A stretch of 64,000 nt of DNA from Planctomycetota bacterium (GTDB lineage: Bacteria; Planctomycetota; UBA1135; UBA2386), in the NCBI GenBank assembly GCA_965223545.1, contig OZ245006.1, positions 5,632,001 through 5,696,000 on the forward strand, read 5' to 3'. Shown in pieces: positions 56,890-64,000 of this stretch (its first letter is position 1; each line of letters opens with the position of its first letter). The notes under the pieces are model-generated. The model ran no database searches. It worked only from the letters and a program-made list of their open reading frames with translations, and was not told the DNA's origin. The position numbers and the translations under genes are program-made.

Positions 56890-58812
56890 ATGCGTACCCA
56901 CCCAGTCCTGTCGCTCGTGCTGGCACTGCCGCTCGGCGCCCAGCCGCAGCTCGAGCGGCCGATTCCCTATCCGCTGCCACGAGATGCCGCTTGGGCCGCC
57001 GCGGTCGAAGCCGGAACCCGCACCGATCACGGTTCGCCGGGTGCCGCCTACTGGACCAACCGCGCGCACTACCGCTTGCGCGCCAGTCTGGATCCGGCGA
57101 CCGCGCAGGTGCGCGGCGAGGCCGAGATCACCTACCAGAACCGGTCGCCGCATCCGATCCGCACTCTCGTCGTGCACCTTCGCCAGAACGCACACAAGGA
57201 GGGCGCGCTCCGCAATCGCTACCTCGAGGTCACCGGCGGCGTGCAAGTCGAGGACGTGCGCGTCGGCGGTCAAGAGGTGCGGGACGGAGCGGCGCGCGGC
57301 GCGCGCGTCGAGCGGGGTGACGCCTCGATGCGCACGCGCGGCACCCTGATGTCGATCCGGCTCGCCGAGCCGCTGCCGCCGGGCGGCGAGACGCAGCTGT
57401 CGATGCGCTGGCAGTACCGCGTGCCGCGTCGCGGCGCGCCGCGCAACGGTCACGACGACCACCACACCTATTACCTCGGCTACTGGTATCCGCAGCTGGC
57501 CGTGTTCGAGGACGTCGCCGACGACTGGGTGGCGGAGCAGTACTTCAGCAACGCCGAGTTCTACATGGGCTACGGCAGCTACGACGTCGAGTTCAGCGTG
57601 CCCGCCGGGTGGCTCGTGCGGGCCACGGGGACGCTGCAGAACGCGGACGACGTGCTCACCGAAACCGCGCTCGAGCGCTTGGCCCAAGCGCGGGCCGGGC
57701 GCGACATCGTGCGCGTCATCGACGAAGACGATCTGGAGAACGGGCGAGTGACGCGCATGGATCGCGGCGACACGCTCACCTGGCACTTCAAGGCGGAGGA
57801 TGTGCGCGATTGCGCGGTGAGCATCTCCAACCGCTACGTCTGGGACGCGACCCACGCCGTGGTCGAGGCGGGTGCCGACGGCACGGCGCCGCGGAAGGCG
57901 ATGATCCACGCGGTCTACCGGCTCGACTCCGACTCGTTCGCCAAGGCGGCGGAGTACGGGCGCCACACCATCGAGTACATGTCGAAGCTGCTCACGCCGT
58001 ATCCGTGGCCGCACATGACGGTGTGCGGTGGCGTCATCGGCGGTGGCATGGAGTTCCCCATGATGACCATTTGCGGCAGTGGCAGTGCCGGCCTGGTCGC
58101 CCACGAGCTGATCCACATGTGGTTTCCGATGCTGGTCGGCACCAACGAGAAGGCGCGCGCGTGGCAGGACGAGGGCTTCACCAGCTTCTTCACCACTCTC
58201 TGCACGGCGGCACTCCGCGAGCGGCCGGAGTCGGCGTCAGGTGCGCTGCGCGGCTACCTGCGCGGAGCGGCCCGCGGCGAAGCCGCGCCGTTGATGCGTC
58301 ACGGCGACCGCTACCCCAACCGTGGGGTCTACGGGTTCGCCTCCTACTCGAAGAGCGCCGCGGTGCTGCACCAGCTGCGCGACCTCGTCGGTGATGACGT
58401 GTTCTTCGCGGTGTTCCGCCGCTATGTCGAGGAGTGGACGCACAAGCACCCCTATCCCGCCGACTTCTTCAACGCGTTCTCGCACGGCGCCGGCCGGGAC
58501 TTGAGCTGGTACTTCCGCACTTGGTACTACGAAACCTGGCAGCTGGACCAGGCGATCGAGTCGGTCGAGCAGAGCGGCGACGCCACGGTGGTGCGCGTCG
58601 CCGACATGCGGCGTGCCACCTACCCCACGATCGTCGAGGCCCGGTTTGCCGACGGCCGCGTGGAAACCGCCGAGATCGCCGTCGAGCACTGGTTGTCGGG
58701 GAAGCGCACGGCCGAGGTGCGGTTCGGTCCCGGGGTCGAGCGGGTCGAGCTCAACCCCGACCGGGCCACGCTGGACTTGTCGGCGGAAAACAACGCCTGG
58801 CCGCGGGAGTGA
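56890..58812 (+). CDS. Secreted M1-family metallopeptidase
   Basis: Signal peptide, GGMEFP, HELIH...DEG, YSK, KHPYPADFF. Confidence 0.9.
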   Translation: MRTHPVLSLVLALPLGAQPQLERPIPYPLPRDAAWAAAVEAGTRTDHGSPGAAYWTNRAHYRLRASLDPATAQVRGEAEITYQNRSPHPIRTLVVHLRQNAHKEGALRNRYLEVTGGVQVEDVRVGGQEVRDGAARGARVERGDASMRTRGTLMSIRLAEPLPPGGETQLSMRWQYRVPRRGAPRNGHDDHHTYYLGYWYPQLAVFEDVADDWVAEQYFSNAEFYMGYGSYDVEFSVPAGWLVRATGTLQNADDVLTETALERLAQARAGRDIVRVIDEDDLENGRVTRMDRGDTLTWHFKAEDVRDCAVSISNRYVWDATHAVVEAGADGTAPRKAMIHAVYRLDSDSFAKAAEYGRHTIEYMSKLLTPYPWPHMTVCGGVIGGGMEFPMMTICGSGSAGLVAHELIHMWFPMLVGTNEKARAWQDEGFTSFFTTLCTAALRERPESASGALRGYLRGAARGEAAPLMRHGDRYPNRGVYGFASYSKSAAVLHQLRDLVGDDVFFAVFRRYVEEWTHKHPYPADFFNAFSHGAGRDLSWYFRTWYYETWQLDQAIESVEQSGDATVVRVADMRRATYPTIVEARFADGRVETAEIAVEHWLSGKRTAEVRFGPGVERVELNPDRATLDLSAENNAWPRE

Positions 58813-58837
58813 CCGCAGTCGTAGCAATCGACGGGCT

Positions 58838-59536
58838 CTACGCCGGCCGCTCGCGGAAGTCCAACCGCCCCCGCGATCGCCGCCACCCGCCCTTCAGCAG
58901 CCAAGTCCGCGCCCGCACCGTCGGCCGCGCCACCGGCTCCGACAGCTCCACCTCCTCACGCCACCCGTCGAACCAAGGCCCCGACGAGTAGACGTCGATC
59001 GCCTGCCGCGGCCGCTGCCGGTGGTGCCAAGCATTCTGCAGCACATACACCAACGCCCGCCGCACCTCCGTCGGCGAGCGCAGCACCCGCTCGTGAAACC
59101 GCTCGGCGAACACCCGCCCCGAGCGCCCCCAGAGCTTGTTCAACCCCCGCGCCATCCGCACCAACAGCCCGGTCATCCCCCGCGTCAACGCCTCCCGGTC
59201 CTTCGCCTCCACCAGCAAATGCAAGTGATCGCGCTGCACCGAGAACTCCACCAACCGAAACCCGAACCGCCCACACCCCGCCCGGATCCGCTCCACCAAC
59301 ATCCAGTACGTCCGCGCATTCCGCAGACTGGGCAACCCCCGACACAACCGCACCGTCAAGTGTAGGGGATACCGCGCCACCAACGCCCCCCGCGCCAAGT
59401 GCGGCACCGTCTCATCACTCACCTTGGGCCGCCCAGCCCCCTCCCGAGCCCCACCCCACTGCCGAAACGGCAGCTCGCCCTGCGCCACCCGACGGCGCCG
59501 TCCACCGCGCCGCGCTTGAACAGTCTTGTTCGTCAT
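58838..59536 (-). mobile_element. HUH/Y1 tyrosine transposase (RAYT/IS200-like)
   Basis: WGGAREGAGR, PLHLT.R, HUH motif DHLHLLVE, G.VFAERFH, Y1 motif YVLQN, YSSG.WF; strong strand skew. ATG at 59536. Confidence 0.85.
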
Positions 59537-59858
59537 TTGAATTAGCGACCTTATGAAACAGGAAGTGAACATGCAAGAACGCGACAAGAAAACCGGTCGG
59601 GAGGGCCGCCGACCGTGGCGGAGCTGAGGCGAATGCGCACGACTCCGCGACAAACGCCCCGTCTTGATTCCGCGACCTTCAGTTCAAGCCACGCACCCAA
59701 GCACGGCCCAGGACGACCCGCCGCCCGCAGGTCTGGATCCGGAGGCCGAGGGAGCGCGCACGCAGCACGCCCCAGGGCTTCCACCACCCCCAGCTCCAGA
59801 GCTGAAGGCTCGCCTTGGCACGCGAGCGCCGGAGGTTTGGAGAGACAGTGTCTCCTGG

Positions 59859-61097
59859 CTAGCGGCGTCCGTCGCCGACGAGCGCGCGCTCGATCTTGGT
59901 GAGTTCGCGTGCGAAGATGCGCTTGAACGTGCTGGCTTGGCCGCGGCCGGCTAGCGCGTCGCGCAGATACTGGGTGAAGCGGTCGCGGTAGGTGCCGCCG
60001 GCGCCGGTGAGCATGTGGTGGAACAGGGCGTAGCTCTGCGCGTATTTCAAGCGCTGTTTGGATGATGCGCCGTAGTCCGAGCTGTTGAAGTTGAGGACGC
60101 GTTGCAGGCTGTAGGGATCGCGACTCTCCGCCACCAGCGCCAGGTGGCCGCGATGGACGCGATCGGGGCGCAGGGTGGCGATGCCCGGCCGCACCGGCAC
60201 GATGACCGTTTCCATGTGCTCGGCGAGGGCTTCATCGAGCCACGGGGGCAGGCGGCCGCGGCCCGACCGGGAGCCGCCGGCCAGGTTGTAGAGCACTGCG
60301 TGGGTGGCCTCGTGGAACAGCGCAAACGGTCGCCCGTCGCCTTGCATCCAGGTGTAGAGCACGTTCTCGGATTGCGAGAACCAAGCGCCGACGTTGTTGC
60401 TGGCGCTGGGGAACTGCTCGCGGTCGCCGTACACGTAGCAGGTCGCCGGCGTCAGTAGCTCGTCGAGTTCGAGCTCACGCTGCCAGAGCTCGTAGAACCC
60501 GGCGTAGAAGTACTCGAGCTCGAACAGCACGCGGATCGTCGTCGCCAGCCCGCGATCGCAGCGCACTTCGAAGTGTTCCGAGCGCAGCTGCCAGGCGTCG
60601 TTCCAACGCATCCGGCGCTCCTCGACGACGGCGAGGGGCAGCCAGCGGCCGGCGACCGGCAGGCGCCAGCCGTTGCCGGTGTCCCGGTGGCCGAGGCGCT
60701 CGTTGGCTTCTGGATGGTCGGGGTCGAGCAGCAGGATGCGGTAGCAGAGCAGCCGGGCCTCGTGCTCGAGCCGGCCGGTATCGCACTGCTCGACCAGCTC
60801 CAGCAGCTGCGCGGCCGAGGCCTGGTCGGTGCGACGCAAGGCGGTGAGAAGCTGTCGATGGTGTTGCGCGACGCTGTCGATGGACTGGATACGGTCACGC
60901 GGAATCGTTCGCACGCGGGACCCCACCTGTACCCGCACGGCGTCGGCTTCGACGCGCAGGACCCGGCCCTCGACCGCGCTTCCCCGGGTCAGAGTCACCG
61001 TGTCGCGCTGGTCGCCAGCCTGCGCCACGAGAGCCGCGCAGCACAACAGAGAGATCGGGGTCATCGGTGGGTTGCGAAGCGCTTGCTTCGCTGTCAC
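59859..61097 (-). CDS. DUF1570-like secreted gluzincin-type protein
   Basis: DTVTL..G..VEG start, LRSEHFEV, HEATH, PPWLDEALAE, YAQSYAL. Confidence 0.8.
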   Translation of the reverse strand: MTAKQALRNPPMTPISLLCCAALVAQAGDQRDTVTLTRGSAVEGRVLRVEADAVRVQVGSRVRTIPRDRIQSIDSVAQHHRQLLTALRRTDQASAAQLLELVEQCDTGRLEHEARLLCYRILLLDPDHPEANERLGHRDTGNGWRLPVAGRWLPLAVVEERRMRWNDAWQLRSEHFEVRCDRGLATTIRVLFELEYFYAGFYELWQRELELDELLTPATCYVYGDREQFPSASNNVGAWFSQSENVLYTWMQGDGRPFALFHEATHAVLYNLAGGSRSGRGRLPPWLDEALAEHMETVIVPVRPGIATLRPDRVHRGHLALVAESRDPYSLQRVLNFNSSDYGASSKQRLKYAQSYALFHHMLTGAGGTYRDRFTQYLRDALAGRGQASTFKRIFARELTKIERALVGDGRR

Positions 61098-61153
61098 GGG
61101 GATTCTAGCGTGGCAGCGGGTTCCTCAGGTGACGGTCCAGCCCCAGGAGTGCG

Positions 61154-61543
61154 ATGGGTTTCATCCAAGAGTTCAAAGAGTTTGCGGTCAAAGGAAACAT
61201 GGTCGACATGGCGGTCGGCATCATCATCGGAGGTGCTTTCGGCACGGTGGTGAAGTCGCTGGTCGACGACCTCCTCATGCCCCCGCTCGGCTACCTGACC
61301 GGTGGAGTCGACTTCTCCGATGAGAAGCTGACCCTCGGCACCGACGAGCCGGTGGACATCACCTGGGGCAACTTCGTCAACAACCTGATCGCGTTCCTGA
61401 TCGTCGCGTTTGCGGTGTTCCTGCTGGTGAAGGGCATCAACGCGCTGCGTCGGGAAGAGGAAGAGAAGCCGGCGGCGCCGCCGGAGCCGAGCGACGAGGT
61501 CAAGCTGCTGACCGAGATTCGCGACGCGCTGCAGAAGGGCTGA
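61154..61543 (+). CDS. mscL: Large-conductance mechanosensitive channel
   Basis: [35 protein letters not shown]. Confidence 0.97.
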   Translation: MGFIQEFKEFAVKGNMVDMAVGIIIGGAFGTVVKSLVDDLLMPPLGYLTGGVDFSDEKLTLGTDEPVDITWGNFVNNLIAFLIVAFAVFLLVKGINALRREEEEKPAAPPEPSDEVKLLTEIRDALQKG

Positions 61544-61619
61544 GGCCTGCTGCGCCCCTTTGGCGGTGAGGGCAACCACCGCGGAATCGAGCGCCGGCGC
61601 GGGCAAGGCCGCGCGCGCT

Positions 61620-61782
61620 GAAGAATGCCGAGTGGACGGCCCGCCGGTTGCGGCTTTGGGAGAACCTGTCCGCCGTTCAGGTGAGGGAACGACGAACGAT
61701 CGGGGCTCCCAAGACTGTCAGAAAAGATCTGGTTCACCCTCGGCCGCAGCCCGGTGAACCGCCCACTCAGCAAAGCTCTCTG
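61620..61782 (-). ncRNA. ssrS: Probable 6S RNA
   Basis: Long closing stem (GCUGAGUGGGCGG with CCGUCCACUCGGC, UGCGGC with GCCGCA, GAACC with GGUUC), a central bubble, and the motif order GAACCA...GGGAGC...CACCUG...CAGGUUC. Confidence 0.65.
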
Positions 61783-61905
61783 ATCGACGCACCGAGGTGC
61801 TGCCGATGTGAGTGCAGACATCTAAGCCCGCCGTGCGAGGGGCGACCATCGGGCATGCTGCGCATTCCCGGCTCAGGGATCTCCGGATTCCGTCCCGAGC
61901 GACAT

Positions 61906-62556
61906 TCAGTCGAGCGTGGTGAGTCCCACGCGAATGGCGAACTTCGTCAGCTCCGCGACGCTGCGGATCTCGAGCTTGTTCATGATGTTCTGCCGGTGGG
62001 TCTCGATGGTCTTGGCGCTGACGTGCAGGGTGGCGGCGATCTGCTTGGTGGACTTGCCCTCCGCCAGTAGCTGCAGCACTTCGCGCTCTTTGGGCGTCAG
62101 AATCGACGCTGGCCCGTCATCGGCGGTCTTCTGTAGCTTGCGCACGTAGTCATCGACGACGACTCCGGTGATTCCAGGGCTCAGGTAGACACCACCGCGC
62201 ATCACCTCGGTGACCGCGGTGGCGAGCTCGTCGAAGGCGCAGTCCTTGAGCAGGTAGCCGGTGGCCCCGGCCTCGAGCGCGCGGCCGACGAAGCTGGCGT
62301 CGGAATGCATCGACAGGGCGATCACGCGCGTGCGGTCGTGATCGCGGCGTAGCTGCCGCGTGGCTTCGATGCCGTTGAGCTCGGGCATCGCCACGTCCAT
62401 CACGACGAGGTCGGGCGTCAGCTTCTTCGCCAGCGCGACCGCTTCGCGGCCGTTGGTCGCTTGACCGACGACTTCGTGCCCGGCACTCGTCAGCAGGGTG
62501 CGCAGGCCGTCGCGCAGGATCTGGTGGTCGTCCGCCAGCAGGATGCGAATCGTCAT
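61906..62556 (-). CDS. NarL/LuxR-family response regulator
   Basis: ILLADDH, MDVAMP, GYLLK, LTPKEREVL...KTIETHR. ATG at 62556. Confidence 0.95.
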   Translation of the reverse strand: MTIRILLADDHQILRDGLRTLLTSAGHEVVGQATNGREAVALAKKLTPDLVVMDVAMPELNGIEATRQLRRDHDRTRVIALSMHSDASFVGRALEAGATGYLLKDCAFDELATAVTEVMRGGVYLSPGITGVVVDDYVRKLQKTADDGPASILTPKEREVLQLLAEGKSTKQIAATLHVSAKTIETHRQNIMNKLEIRSVAELTKFAIRVGLTTLD

Positions 62557-62584
62557 CGGGGCTCCTTTTGGTGCACAGTACAGT

Positions 62585-63724
62585 TCAATCGGAAAGTGGA
62601 ACGTGAATCGTGATGCGGGTGCCGGCGCCGGGCTGCGAATCGATCTCGAGCTGGCCGCCTGCGGTCTCGATGCGCTCGCGGACGCTGAACAGGCCGAAGC
62701 CGCCGCGCCGCGGCGCATCCGGGTCGAAGCCCTCGCCGTCGTCCTCGACCGTGACCCAGAGGCGCTCGTCGGCGCGCCAGGTGCGCACGCCCGCGCGGCT
62801 GGCGCCGGCGTGCTTGACCACGTTGTGCAGCACCTCGCGCACCGCTTGGAACACCAGCGAGCGGGTCGCCGGCTGTAGCGGTTTGGCGGTGCCGTCGTCG
62901 CCGTAGTCGGTGTGGATGCGGTCGCGCGCGCCGACCCGCTCGACCAGGCTCTGTAGTGCGGCCTCGAGGCCGAGCTCGTGCAACAGCGGTGGTGCCAGCT
63001 CGGCAGTCAGGTCGCGCGTCAAGGCGATGGTCTCGTCGAGCAGATCGCGCACCGTGGCGAGGCGATCGCCTTGCTCGGCACCGGCTGCCGATTGCCCGAG
63101 CCAGCCGATCTGCAGCTTGGCCAACGCCAGGTTCTGGCCGATGCCGTCGTGCAGCAGGGCTGCCAGTCGGTTGCGCTCGCGATGCTCGGCGCGGGTGACC
63201 GCTTCAGTGAGCTGGCGCAACTCGTCCTGGTAGGCGACGAGCCGTGCGTGCACGCGCCGGCGCTCGGCGATCTCTGCCTGCAGCCGCGCGTTGGTCTCGA
63301 TCAGCGCGGCGGTGTGCTCCCGCTCGGACTGCTCGAACTCGAGGCTGCTCTCGCGCGCCGTCTGCAGGATGGCGTGCAGCTGCTCGTGCGCGCGGTCGGC
63401 CAGCGCCAGCAGCACTAGCCGCCGCTCTGGAGTGCGGACCGCGATCGCTTCGAGGTGGCACGGCCGCTGCTCTCGGTCGTCCTGCGTCCACTCCCCGGAG
63501 CGGACGGAGCGGACTTCACCGCCGCTCCAGACGGCTTTCGCCTCACCGAGAAACTGCGCCAAGTAGGGCAGCTCCGCCGCCAGGTCGACGCGGTCGCCGT
63601 CCAGCTGGGGCATGCGCGCGAGCAACGCTTCCGGCAGGGGGCGGACGGGCCGGTACCATGGGCCACCCAGCGGCGCGAAGGCCGCCAGCCCCAGCGCGGA
63701 GATCAGCTGGTCTTGGGAGTGCAT
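62585..63724 (-). CDS. Cytoplasmic HisKA_3-type sensor histidine kinase
   Basis: ERNRLAALLHDGIGQ, EVLHNVVKHA, DDGEGF, GFGL; no TM segment. Confidence 0.9.
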   Translation of the reverse strand: MHSQDQLISALGLAAFAPLGGPWYRPVRPLPEALLARMPQLDGDRVDLAAELPYLAQFLGEAKAVWSGGEVRSVRSGEWTQDDREQRPCHLEAIAVRTPERRLVLLALADRAHEQLHAILQTARESSLEFEQSEREHTAALIETNARLQAEIAERRRVHARLVAYQDELRQLTEAVTRAEHRERNRLAALLHDGIGQNLALAKLQIGWLGQSAAGAEQGDRLATVRDLLDETIALTRDLTAELAPPLLHELGLEAALQSLVERVGARDRIHTDYGDDGTAKPLQPATRSLVFQAVREVLHNVVKHAGASRAGVRTWRADERLWVTVEDDGEGFDPDAPRRGGFGLFSVRERIETAGGQLEIDSQPGAGTRITIHVPLSD

Positions 63725-63914
63725 CGGTCGTTGCTTCGGTGAGCCGGCGCGCTAACCGGCGGCGGGCGTAGTGTTCAGGGGGCGAGGGCGTTTCCGGCAA
63801 GATCGGGAATCGCGAAGCCGGGTTTCCAGAGCTCTGCGGATGCGCCCGAAATGTCGGGGATCTTATCAGTGGGTCATGCTCGTAACCCCGCTCCAACCCG
63901 GGGACCCAAGACCC

Positions 63915-64000
63915 ATGACAGCAACCGAAGTCGTGTGTGGCGTGTGTGGAGGGCAGCACCAAGTGCCCTTGACCACCGGGTCCTACACTTGTCCGCGCCG
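63915..64000 (+). CDS. Possible 5' end of a zinc-ribbon protein, cut by the window edge
   Basis: MTATEVVCGVCGGQHQVPLTTGSYTCPR...; CxxC plus a later Cys. Confidence 0.3.
   Translation, partial: MTATEVVCGVCGGQHQVPLTTGSYTCPR

Overview
High-GC (roughly 70% by eye), gene-dense bacterial window. The gene content (DUF1501, PVC-type dehydrogenase-like protein, DUF1570, planctomycete-type ECF sigma factor) points to Planctomycetota; this is inference, not a database result. Main blocks: (1) 1-14.5 kb, secreted/periplasmic proteins, an RhlE-like helicase and a PLP decarboxylase; (2) 14.5-21.6 kb, an operon of 3 glycosyltransferases, 2 APH-fold kinases (one catalytically degenerate) and a sulfotransferase; (3) 23.3-35.6 kb, a complete phosphate regulon island (phoU, porin, phoBR, pstSCAB, repeat lipoprotein) with visible 11-bp-period Pho-box-like arrays; (4) 35.7-53.9 kb, ECF sigma factor, REP-like hairpins, ydbH-ynbE-ydbL, 3-methyladenine glycosylase, BNR-repeat hydrolase, GT-C-like membrane proteins, fabZ-like; (5) 54.1-56.8 kb, a coupled three-gene operon (coiled-coil protein; membrane protein with a longin-like domain, TM, BON-like and degenerate OmpA-like regions; Rab-like small GTPase), the best candidate for a poorly described system; (6) 56.9-64 kb, M1 peptidase, HUH/Y1 (RAYT-like) transposase, DUF1570, mscL, a probable 6S RNA and a NarL-type two-component pair. 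No rRNA, tRNA or CRISPR array was seen. All family calls come from motif recognition by eye and many start codons are uncertain.
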